The notes below the pieces were generated by a model. That model was not told the DNA's origin. It saw only the letters and a list, made by a program, of their open reading frames with translations, and did not search any database. Below, one piece after another: positions 23,925 through 34,829 of a stretch of 64,000 nucleotides of DNA (position 1 is the first letter of the stretch; the number at the start of each line of letters is the position of its first letter). The translations under genes and the position numbers were made by a program. Source of the stretch: Spirogloea muscicola (Eukaryota); assembly GCA_009602725.1 (NCBI GenBank), contig WELB01000016.1, positions 869,790 through 933,789 on the forward strand, written 5' to 3'.

Positions 23925-26900
23925 TGTGTTGAGCCGCGCCGGCCATGTCGTAGCGACGGCGTCGGCGACGGCGGCGGCGACCGACGCGGCGGCGACTGGG
24001 GAGCGACCGAACTAGGCGGGCCCGAAGGTGGAGGAGAAGAGCAAGGGCCAACTGCCCTCCAGTGTCTGATATACCCAGCCCGACGGCGCGCCCTAGCGCC
24101 CGACGGTCTGGATCTCACGGGTCGACCCCAAACCCTACGGTGGAGATCCAATCGATCTACCAACCGCTGGGATGAACCCTGGGCCCTCCTAAACCTCGCC
24201 TACCACTGTCCGTGATGAGCATCCCAAGGCGCTACAACGCAGCTCCACACAGGACAGCTAGACCTAGACCATATGAAGCTAGCAGCAAAGAGGTTACATG
24301 GAACACTCTTTCCAACACTCCCACTCTAGCTAGTATGGGTCTAGCGACTCAAGTCGATGCCCTCGACCTCACAATACTCCTTGGCAACAAGTTGAATTGT
24401 ACACCAGCTTGTATCCAAACGCCTTCTTGCGCTCCAGCTGATTCCTCAGCTCCCACTGCTCCGTAGAGTACTCGATCTTGTACGCCCAGCAGGAGCAAGA
24501 AAGTCAGCCAAGAATGCTGGCATTGCAGGCGCAGGCTGTTAGAAAGAAGGTGCAAGAGAGCCAGCCAAGGAAGCTGGTGCTGCAGGATCAGGCTGGGAGT
24601 AGTGGGATGACCAGAGGCAAGGTCATTTGTTAGTACTGCAGGAAGCCTGGGCATCGGAAGGCGCAGTGTCCTGTGCGCTTAACTGTGCAGCGGGAAGTGC
24701 AGACGCAGCAACAAGAGCAAGGGACGCAGGAGACAAGCAGTACTGCACTGGCGATCTACACCGACCCGCTGTAGTGCAGGACCGGCCAGAGTCGGTGGTC
24801 TCGTTGGGGTCCACTTGGATGTGCGGCGGCATTGAGCAGTTCCCTGGAGCACAGGTTTGCAGTATCGCGAGAAGGCGATTGGCTGCGGTTGCGGCTGCAA
24901 GTGGGTGTACCAGGTCAGGTGCCCTGCGGAGCAGTGGGAGCTTAAGAATTTGTAGTGCAGGACCGGCCAGAGTCGGTGGTCTCGTTGGGGTCCACTTGGA
25001 TGTGTGGCGGCATTGAGCAGTTCCCTGGAGCACAGGTTTGCAGTATCGCGTCAAGGCGATTGGCTGCGGTTGCGGCTGCAAGTGGGTGTACCAGGCCCTG
25101 CAGAGCAGTGGGAGCTTAAGAATTTGCAGTATCGCGAGAAGGCGATTGGCTGCGGCTGCAAGTGGGTGTGCCAGGTCAAGTACCCTGCGGAGCAGTGGTA
25201 GCTGAGGAATCAGCAGCGTCGCGAGAAGGCGATAGGCTGCAGTCCCGCTGCTTTGCCTCCTCCTGAAGAAGACGGCCGCACACGGTCCCCAGCGTCCTCT
25301 TCTCCTCATCCACACCATCCAGGAAGGTGATGACCATGTCAAACTTGCTGACATACTTGAGGCTGTTAAGCAGAATTGACACCTGGAACTTCGAGTCAAT
25401 GTGGATACCCAGAGCCTGAAGCTCGTCAACCACCCGCTTGAAGCTATTCAAGTGGTCAGCTAGCCTGCTCCCCTCCTCCTTCCTCAGATTGAGGGGTTGC
25501 CTTTGCGCAATGACCGCCCTCTGCGGACCAGCCGGCTCGCAGTAGTCCACCAACTTCCTCCAAGCCTTCGCAGCACTTGCAGCCGGCAAGACCTGCGTCA
25601 GATGGTGTTGGTCCAAACTATTCAAGAGAAACGCCAAGACGACAGCGTCCCGTTCATCCCACTCCTGGCGAATTTTGACGACTGCCTCCGGCCCGGGCAT
25701 CTCCTCCGAGATAACGCTCCACACGCGATACGCCCGCAGCGTCACCTCCACCTTGCTTCGCCATGTCCGCCAGTCCTGCCCCTCGAACTTCTCGGTGCCG
25801 CACTCCAGCCCTCTGATACCATGTAAGAATGCAGCGGCTGCCATGGCGTGGTGACGACAGCGGCTGCGACAGCGGCGGCGGCGGCAGCGGTGGCGGCGAC
25901 TGGGGAGCGACCGGACTAGGAGGGCCCAAAGGTGTTGAGAAGAGCCAAGGGCTGCCTGCCCTCCAGTGTCTTATGACCCCGGCCCGACCCGTTGAGTAAT
26001 CGCGGGGAGGCTGAGCTGGTCGGCCAGCCCGGCAGATAAGTCGCTGACCTGGCAACCAGCGTGTGGGGCCCATGCCATCCACCCACTCCTAGGTCAGAAA
26101 CCCTAGACCTCGTCTACCGCTGTCCGTGATGAGCATCCCAAGGTGCTACAGCGCAGCTCCACACAAGACAGCTAGACCTAGACCATATGCAGCTAGCAGT
26201 CAAGAGTTTACAAAGAACACTCTTTCCAACACTCCCACTCTAGCAAGTATGGGTCTAGCAAACCAAGTCGATCTTCTCGACCTGTCAGAACACCTTGACA
26301 ACAAGTTGACATTGTACACCAGCTTGTAGTCAATTGCCTTCTTCCGCTTCAGCTGATCCATCAGCTCCCACTGCTCCGCAGGATACTGGACTTTGTCCAC
26401 CCACTGGCAGTCGATCCTTCTGCACAACTGCTGATTCCTCAGCTCCCACTGCTCCGCAGAGTACCTGACCTGGTACACCCACTTGCAGCTGCAGTCAATC
26501 GCCTCTTCGGCAATACTGCTGATTCCTAAGCTCCCACCGCTCCGCAGGGCACTTGACCTGGTACACCCACTTGCAGCCGCAGCCAATCGCCTCTTCGGCG
26601 ATACTGCAAATTCCTAAGCTCCCACTGCTCCGCAGAGTACTTGACCTGGTACACCCACTTGCAGCCGCAGCCAATCGCCTCTTCGGCGATACTGCAAATT
26701 CCTAAGCTCCCACCGCTCCGCAGGGCACCTGACCTGGTACACCCACTTGCAGCCGCAGCCAATCGCCTCTTCGGCGATACTGCTGTCCTGTGCTCCCAGG
26801 GAATTGGTCAATGCCTCGACACATCTAAGTGGACCCTGTCGAGATTACCGACTCCGGCCGGTCCTGCACTACAGCGCTTCAGCATGGTAGATCGCCAGTG

Positions 26901-27452
26901 CAGTACTGCCTGACTCCTGCGTCCCTTGTTGCCGCTGCTTCCCTGACCGCTGCACCGCCAAACGCAGAGGACACTGCGCCTTCCGATGCCCAAGCTGTCT
27001 ACAGCAATGCCAGATGACCTTGTCCTTGGTCACCACACTGTTCTCAGCCTGCTTCTGCAGCACCAGCGTTTTGGGCTGGCTCTCCTGCTCCTGGCCCACC
27101 AGCTTCCTCCACTCCTGCGCACCGCTTGCAGTCGGCAAGACTTGCGTCAGGTGGTACTGGTCCAGGTACGCCAAGACCGCAACGTCCCGCTCCTCCCACT
27201 CCTGGCGAGCTTTGACGACTGCCTCCGGCCCGGGCATCTCCTCCGAGATGACGCTCCACAGACGATACGCCCGCAGCGATACGCCCACAGCCGGGGTCAT
27301 AAGACACTGGAGGGCAGGCAGCCCTTGGCTCTTCTCAACACCTTCGGGCCCTCCTAGTCCGGTCGCTCCCCAGTCGCCGCCGCCGCTGCCGCCGCCGCCG
27401 CTGTCGCAGCCGCTGTCGTCGCCACGTCATGGCAGCCGCTGCATTCTTACAC
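23925..27452 (-). mobile_element. Tandem non-autonomous Ty1/Copia derivative (LTR-internal-LTR-internal-partial inverted LTR)
   Basis: LTR 26231-25822 followed by tRNA-iMet PBS TGGTATCAGAG (25821-25811); PPT AGAGTGGGAG before the LTRs at ~24318 and 26231; Copia gag N-terminus FEGQDWRTWRSKVEVTL (25176-25844); Zn knuckles ~24630-24670 and ~26975-27010; no intact pol. Confidence 0.88.
26350..26785 (-). repeat. 88-bp tandem repeat (about 5 units) derived from the Copia RT N-terminus
   Basis: TTCCT(C/A)AGCTCCCAC starts at 26435, 26523, 26611 and 26699. Each unit reads AIGCGCKWVYQVK, similar to the Copia RT motif AIGCKWVFKIK. Confidence 0.88.
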
Positions 27453-30174
27453 ATTGCGGGGGTGGGCCTTGAGATCGGATAAGATCGGACGGCGGAGAGA
27501 GGCTCTCTCTCCGCAAGTCCCCCGTAGAGAGCGACCTAGCGCGGCCGCCGCCGCAGCCGCCGGCAAGGGTTCGGAAGGTTCGGCGCGCGTCCCGAGTAGG
27601 CCAGCGCTCCAGGCCAGGGTGGCCAGGGGGCCGAAGCGGGCGGTGAGAGATCCCCGGGCGCAGGTGACCACGCGGGAGTGAGGGAGACAGTCTTCACTTG
27701 CGCCTGATAGTTTAGTGTGTGGTAATGCTTCTTGCCATATCCTTTGCATGTCTGCCTTCTTGGTAGTGAGGCCATGCAGGGCAGGCTGCTGCTAGCCAAG
27801 CAGAGTCCTGGCCTGTAGGCGGAGCTTCAGGTGTGGCACTTCGACGCGTAGTGGGCGCTATACAGGCAGGCACGACAGCCGTCGTCGGTGGCCGCTCGGA
27901 GCAGGACGGCTCCGAGCTCAGTGTTGCTGGCGTCCGTCTGGAGCGTGAACGGCCGGCCGAAGTTGGGGTGCCGCAGGAGCGAAGGATGCGCCAGTGCTGC
28001 CTGCAGCGTTCGGAAGGCGCGCTCGCAAGCTGGCGACCAGCGGAACGGCGCATCCTTGCACAGGAGCGCGCGCAGTGGGGCGGACGTAGTCGCGAATCCT
28101 GGGAGGAAGCGGTGCTGGAACGCACACAACCCAAGGAAGCGTTGCACCGCCTTGGCAACTGCGGGGCACGGAAAGCTTCGCAGCGGGGCTCCCCGCGCCG
28201 GGTCGGGTCTGACGCCCTGATGGGAGACGACGTGCCCCAGCACCTTGACCTCGCGTTGCGCAAAGCGACGCTAGGTCGCCTTCAGACGAAGCCCCGCGTC
28301 CCGCAGCCGCTGGCCCACGACGCGGACATGGCTGACGTGGTCGCGAGCAGTCCTGGAGAGGACGACAATGTCGTCCAGATACACGAGGCAGAAGCCGCCG
28401 AAGTCGCCCAGCAGCTCGTCCATGAGGCGCTGGAAGGTGGCCGGGGCGTTGGTGAGCCCGAACGACATGACCACGAATTGATAGTGGCCCCCCGACGTGC
28501 GGAAGGCGGTCTTCTCCGCATCCCCGGCGGCGAGCTTGATCTGCCATAGCCCGCGGCGAGGTCAATCGTCGTGAAGTGGCGCGCACCGCCCAGTTTGTCG
28601 AGCAGGACGTCGATTTGCGGGAGCGTGTACGAGTCCTTTCTGGTGACGTCGTTCAGCTTCCTGTAGTCAACGTAGAACCGCCAGCTGCCGTCGGGCTTGG
28701 GGGCGAGCACCACGTTGGCGCCCCACGGGCTGCAGCTGCGGCGCACGACGCCCTTCCGAAGCATGTCGTCGACGTGCTGGCGGATGGTGTGGGCCTCCGC
28801 CAGGGAGCGTCGTCGCTCCGGTAGTTTCACCGGCAGCGCGTCGCCCGTGTCGATGTGGCGGCGCACTTTGGGCGTCCACGTCTGCGGGGCGCCGCCGCTG
28901 AGATCGGCGAACAGCGTGGCCAGCGCTTCCTTCACATTGTGTTGGAGGGCGGCGTCGTCTGCCGGCGCCTCTTCGGGAGCTGCGTTGTCGTCGCCCATGT
29001 CCTCCGCGGCGTCTGCCGGGCCTACGCTGACCACTAGCGGGGCCGTGAGTGCCACGGCCCGGTCCGACGACTGCATGCAGTGGAGACCAGCGCGCGCCCG
29101 TTGGCAACCGTCAGAGTCAGCCGCTGCGGAGCGGGACAACCTGATTGGGCCCTTGGCCTTGCAAGGACTCAAGGGCCGGCGGGTTTTGGCCGCTGGAGAT
29201 GTGTCCCGGCAGGCCCGGTGGGGCGAGGCGCCCACGGTTATGCGTTTGCTTCTGGCGTGGCAGAAGACGTCGTGCTCCACCATCCAGTCCATGCCCAGCA
29301 CCACGTCAAACAGGTGCTGGGGGACCTCTCTGGCCTTGACGAGTCCCAGGAATCCGTCCAGGGCCATCTCCAACGTCGCCGTCGATGTTGAGACGGTCGT
29401 GTTGTCCTCGTTGTCGAAGACGATGCACAGAGGCGCAGCAGGATCATGCGGCAGCCGCAACTGTCTAAGACACTGTTGGCGGATCGTGGTGAGGGTGGAG
29501 CCCGTTTCTATCAGGACAATCAATGGCCAATTCCCTGATGTGGCGGGCACCACGAATGTCCTACTCTGGTCCGCAGAATGAGACGACATTTGCCAAGCTA
29601 CCGGAATAGGGAAGGGAAGCACCTGCGCTTTGGCCCTCCATCTCTTAATACACACTCATTGCGCTACTCCCCTCCCGGGCCGTTTTTCCATTGGGGTCCT
29701 TCGTCAGCAATTGTGACGTATAGCCTATCTCTATCGCGACGGTTCTTGCTGCGTCGTGATCTTCTCCTAGGGCAGTACCGTCGGATGTGGCCTAGCCGCC
29801 CGCATCCCAGCACTCTGGCCGTCCGTCGCTGGAGCCGCTGCCGTCGGGGTGGCGTGGGCCGTTGTCCGGCCGTCGGTTGTCGAAGTGGTCGTTGTCGAGC
29901 CGGCGCCGGTTGTCGAAGCGCGGGCGCGTCCGCCGCTGTGTGACGCTCAGTTCCGGGGCCACGGGGGCGGGCTTTGAGGGTGCCAGCGCCGCCAGGGCTT
30001 GGAGTGCGTTCAGCGCCTCGTCCAGTGTTGCCGGTCGAGTCGCGACGGCCTGCTGCGCCAGGGTCGGCTGCAGGCGGGGGCACAGGAGCGCCAGCTTGGT
30101 CGACTCACTGAGCTTCGTGTCGGCCCGATGGAGCATGCGCCGGAAGTTGGCGCCGAAGGTGACGACGTCCTCTC

Positions 30175-30535
30175 TATAGCATGCAACGATGGCTTGCGGG
30201 ACGCTAGAATGGCCCAAGCTACCCGCCCGACTACGTCGGCGCGCATCGACATGCAGTGCCAGGCGATGGATCAGGGAAGACCACTTCGTTCTGTAGCCGC
30301 CGTAGATGTCCATGGCGCATGATAAGAAGTGGTCGCCCCGGGCGTGGTCATCATAGTGCCTCTCCTTCTTCCTCTCTGCATGATGTGTCGCCCAACCTGG
30401 CACAGTCGGTGTGGGTGCCCCTGGTTGGAATGCGTCGATGAGAACGAGGTCGAGGAGAAGACGAGGCCCACCACTCCGGGGGGTGGCCACCACATCCAGA
30501 CGCCTGACGTAAGGCCTGCCACGCTTCTGGAGCAC
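30175..30535 (-). mobile_element. Internal CRE RLE fragment (family D) inside the Gypsy-C gag
   Basis: Near-identical to ~47780-48140 (LQKRGRPYVRRLDVVATPRSGGPRLLLD). No 3' tail. Confidence 0.85.
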
Positions 30536-30799
30536 AGATCGCGAAGTGGTCCAACCAGGCGTGGACGTCGTCCTGGGGACCGCCAGCGAAGGGCATGGGC
30601 CTCACGCGGCGGTCCGAGGTCGCAGAGGAGGAGTCATCAACCTCCGGAGCGGGCAGCGGCTGGGCGCGTCCCAGCAGACTGGCCAGCTGATCGGCGAGTT
30701 GCCCGAGTGCCAGGCCGGTCGTCGTAGGGTCAGCTTGGACCAGTTCCGAAGCGAGTAGGGCGCCCGGCTCCCCAGGATTGGGCCCAGCGGCCCCCAGAG

Positions 30800-31007
30800 A
30801 AGGGCTCGCCCATTGAGGATAGGGGCTGGAAAAAGCCAGCCCAAAAAAGAATGAACAAAGGACGAGAAGGGGCCAGAGGAAGTACAAAGAACAACAAGCA
30901 CAAAAGAGAAACGAAGCAGCTACGAAGCACTCAGTAACCCCTGCTAAGCAACCTCAGGTCAGAGAGACTGGATTCCTGGAAGCGGGTCCCCTGGCCAGAG
31001 CCAGAGG
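30800..31007 (-). mobile_element. CRE 3' end (family A)
   Basis: Reverse complement of the 11760-11965 and 48470-48665 copies. Confidence 0.85.
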
Positions 31008-31676
31008 GTGGCCACCTCCGCTGTGCTCGTCAGCGGGTCGGAATTCTTGCCTTGCCCTCTAGATCGGAGAGGGCACCCCCAGATCGGGGGCGGCTAGCGG
31101 TGCCGCCTCCGGATCGGAGGCGACGAGCAGCGCGCCGGAGGCGCGCGTGGCAGGGGCCATGGTTCTCAGCTTGTCTCAGCTCTCAGGCTAACCCCCCACC
31201 CCGTGCTGCCGGCACGGTTCGGACCCGCGACCTCTCGGGCCCCGTTCTCCACCAATGCAACGGGAATCACCCCGCTAGCCTAAAAGCTACGTGCCCACTG
31301 TAACACCGCAGAGGATGGCACCATCGTTGGCGCACCACTCTGTTGGGACGAGGATGGGACCGCGATTGGCACACTACGTTGTTGAGACAAGGGCGGCTCT
31401 GCCATTGTGGCAACTCCAAATGCGGCAAGAATAGCAGCGGCGGCGGCGGCTGCAGCAGCGGCGAGCTGGACCTGGCGGGGATCGCTGGCGTACGCCCTAG
31501 TGAGTGCCGAGAGGCCAGTCCCTCCAGCCCCTCAAACCCTGAATCCGGCGGTTTGCCCTAGCGCTACCAGCCTGGATCTCAAGGGTCGGCGCCAACCCCA
31601 ACGGTGGTAATCCAATCGATCCACCAACCGCTGAGACCACCGGACTCCCTAGCTCATGCCCCTCAAACCCTAAACC

Positions 31677-34308
31677 CACGCAAGGCGGTGAAGCAGGTCA
31701 AGCCATTTTGTGCCAAAGGCTCCGTGTACGTCGACGGCGAGTGGGACAAACTCGTCGCCCAGGGGGTGATTCGAGTATTTCCGTTCCTTTGCGCCCGCCG
31801 CTTGGCGGACTGCGTAGCCCGCCTCCTCCGACGAGCGTTTGGCGTTCCTGGAATCAAAGAAGCAAGCGCGGCCAGATTGACTGGTGGCTGGGAGAGGCCA
31901 GCCCAAAAGAATGGACAAGGTCTGAAGGAGTCGGAGTGCTAAGGACAGAGACAGCAGAAAGCGAGCTCTCAGTAACCTCTCGTCAGTAGATGCAAATCTG
32001 AATAGCTAGCAGGCGGAAAGACGTCGGCCCCTGGAATCAAAGAAGAAGTGGCTCTCCCAATGGGGGCAAGGGCTGTGAGAAGCCAGCCCGAATATATTGA
32101 CAAGGTTCGAAGGGGCCAAATTACGAGCTAAGCAGCGACTGCAGGGCCTGTAGAGGCTATGGCAGAACGGGGGAGGATGGACCACTCAGTACTTACGAGT
32201 GAGCAGCCTCACATCCGACAGACTAGCTGCCGGAAAACTATCCCCCTGACGAAAGCCGGAGGCCGCAGCGAGAGCACGGCCAGCACGCAGATGCAAGGCG
32301 TGGGCCATGGACCGCTGGAGGGAGACGGACAAGCGCATACGATATTACCTGAGCCCACGAGCCAGCGGCATTGAAGTCAGCCGGCTCACCACCGCCTGCG
32401 GGACACAGCGCGCCGTGCAAGCTTGGGCGACAGGTCGAGCCAGTGGGATCCGAGAGCCCCGTGCACGTCCACAGCCAGGGGGACGAAATCGTCGGCAGCC
32501 GGGTGGTCGGCGTGTGTGGCCGCCTTGCTGCGAGCGGCCTTCGCCGCAGCGTGGCCAGCCCGCGAGGCAGAAAGCCCCGGGTTGGAGCGGTCGAATCAAA
32601 GCAGTCAGTTGTGACGACGTCGGCGATGAGCAGAGGCACCCCGCCGAGCGCGCTGGCGACAAGATCGGCGCGCCAGGTGTGGAGGCCGCCATCCGCCCCA
32701 GCGGTCAGAGGCATGATGCTGGATTTCTCGAGCGCCACATTCCCAAACTGCCCTCCAGTTTCCCCAACTTAGCTCGTCCGATTTGTTTGTGCTCTCCCGT
32801 GGGTACTAATGTCACCTTAGGCACCTTAGTTTAGGTCTCTATATTATGTAGCCTTGTTTAGTTTGCACTCGCCTCTGCTTGAACTGTGTATTGGCTTGAA
32901 TTGGCCTCCCTTTTCATTTCATGCGCCCCGCGCGCCTTTCTCCCAGTGACTGATGACCCCAGCCCGGCGGCGCGCCCGACGGTCTGGATCTCACGGATCG
33001 ACCCCAAACCCTACGGTGGAGATCCAACCGATCTACCAACCGCTTGGGATAAAGCAAGCGCGGCCAGATTAACTGGTGGCTGGGAGAGGCCAGCCCAAAA
33101 GAATGGACAAGGTCTGAAGGAGTCGGAGTGCTAAGGACTGGGACAGCAGTAAGCGAACTCTCAGTAAACTCTCGTCAGTAGATGCAAATCTGAGTAGCTA
33201 GCAGGCGGAAAGACGTCGCCCTGACGGAAGCCGGAGGCCGCCGCCAGAGCGCGGCCTGCGCGCAAGTGGACCGCAAAAGCTAGGGACCGCTGCAAAGAGA
33301 CGGCCAGGCGCATCCGGAAAACTTGGGCGAGGGACCCGGCGACATGGAAGCCAGGCTGCTCGCCCTGCTGCCCGTGGCGGCGGGCCGCTGCTCGCCGCGC
33401 AAGGCGGTGAAGTAGGTCCAGCCATTTGGCGCCAAAGGCGCCGTCTACGTCGACGGCGAGTGGGATAAACTCGTCGCCTACCGGGTGATCCGAGTACTTG
33501 CGCTCCTTTGCGTCGGCCGCTTGGCGGACGGCGTAGCCCGCCTCCTCCGCCGAGCGTGTTGCGCTCCTGGAATCCAAGGAGTCCGTTGTGACGACGTCGG
33601 CAATAAGCCGAGGCCCCCCGCCGAGCGCGCTAGCGACGAGATCGGCGCGCTCGGCGGTGGGATAAACCCTGAGCCCTCCTAAAACTCGCCTACCACAGAC
33701 CGTGATGAGCCTCCCAAGGCGCTACAACGCAGCTCCACACAGCACAGCTAGACTTAGACCATATGAAGCTAGCAGTAGAGATATACATAGTACACTCTTT
33801 CCAACAGGATGTTGGACCAGGGCCGCTGTGCTGGCCAGGACACCTGCATCAAAGGTTGCATAGGCGGTCTGCGCCGCCGGGGAGGGGGGGAGGGCTCGAG
33901 CCACGCACAGGGGACGTTGGGCAATGCTGCGGGTCAGCATGGCGAGCGCCAGCTGCATATCGTGCAGCTCAGGGAGGCGGGCCGCCGGCTTGAGGTGCTC
34001 CTGCAGCTTGCCGCGCAGCTGGTCGTCCACGAAGGCAGGTGAGCCCAATGGGACCCCGAGGAGTGTGAGGCCCCCGGCTGGTGTCTGACAGGCGGAGGAG
34101 GGCTGGCAAGCCCTGAGGGGACCAAGCGCTACACTACGACGCTTGGATGTCCAGGCCGATCTCCTGCAGTCCATTCCTTTGGGCTGGCCTCTCCCAGCCA
34201 CCACTTAATCTGGCCGCGCTTGCTGATCTCCTGCAGCTGCTCCTCGAGGGTGGCGAAGGCAGCCAGGACCTCACCTGGTTGCCCGACTAGAGTTGTGTCG
34301 TCCGCATA
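31677..34308 (-). mobile_element. CRE-clade element body (RT and RLE) carrying several nested insertions
   Basis: RT YADDTTLVG...GLTLLGVPLGSPAFV...QLALAMLTRS at 34308-33830; RLE 31850-31677. Nested CRE copies at 31863-32029, 32046-32740, 33054-33657 and 34170-34224; Copia LTR at 32955-33806. Confidence 0.8.
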
Positions 34309-34829
34309 CGTGGGCATGAGGACGCCCGGGTGAGAAAGCGCACACTGAGGTGGTACCGCGCGGCTCTATACACAGCACCTAGACCTAGATCATACGAGCT
34401 AGCACAAAGAGAGTTCCCGTCAGACTCTCTATACTCAACACCCACACAGGGCATGGAATACGCCCGCAGGCTCACCTATGTATAGGCTGTCGGCTGGACC
34501 GACGCTTTACATTTACAACTATGTCATGGTTTGTCCTGACTCTTACCGGATAATTTTCGTGTATTTGAAACAAACGAAGGCCAAATGGTCAAGTACAAAG
34601 GCAAGCACATCTTAAGACCTACATAACCTACGGTAGAGTGACCCGCTCAGTAACCACGGGTCAAAACATAAAGATTGCTAACCGGAGGGGCGTGCCCGCT
34701 ACAATAGCCAGTGTGGGAAGCAGCGGCCAGCTCGAGGGGGGGGAGGGGGGGCGCGCGGAGGCGAATCCAGGGACGATTGGCGTTGACCGCTTGCTACCGT
34801 ACGGAGGCCGTACGGCGGCCGAACGGCCC

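Larger units (their letters stand above)
16021..34702 (-). mobile_element. Gypsy-C: one Ty3/Gypsy element split by nested insertions
   Basis: Pieces occur in canonical order on the minus strand: 5' LTR (TGTAGCGGG at 34702 to ~34445, probable end GGTGTTACA ~31299), gag ~30760-29750, PR/RT 29600-28270, RNase H 28270-27835 and 23100-22600, integrase 22400-21980, 20680-20531 and 20110-19860, GPY/F domain 16630-16330 (KLMPHWHGPY), PPT 16146-16160, 3' LTR remnant 16145-16021 matching 34445-34702. Confidence 0.75.

Noticed and set aside
26350..26785. Regular 88-bp repeats resembling a CRISPR array
   Set aside because: No unique spacers, no cas genes, eukaryotic context; the unit is a Copia RT fragment.
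31285..31298. Putative PBS (TGGGCACGTAGC on minus) after the Gypsy-C LTR end
   Set aside because: Could not be matched with confidence to a tRNA 3' end.
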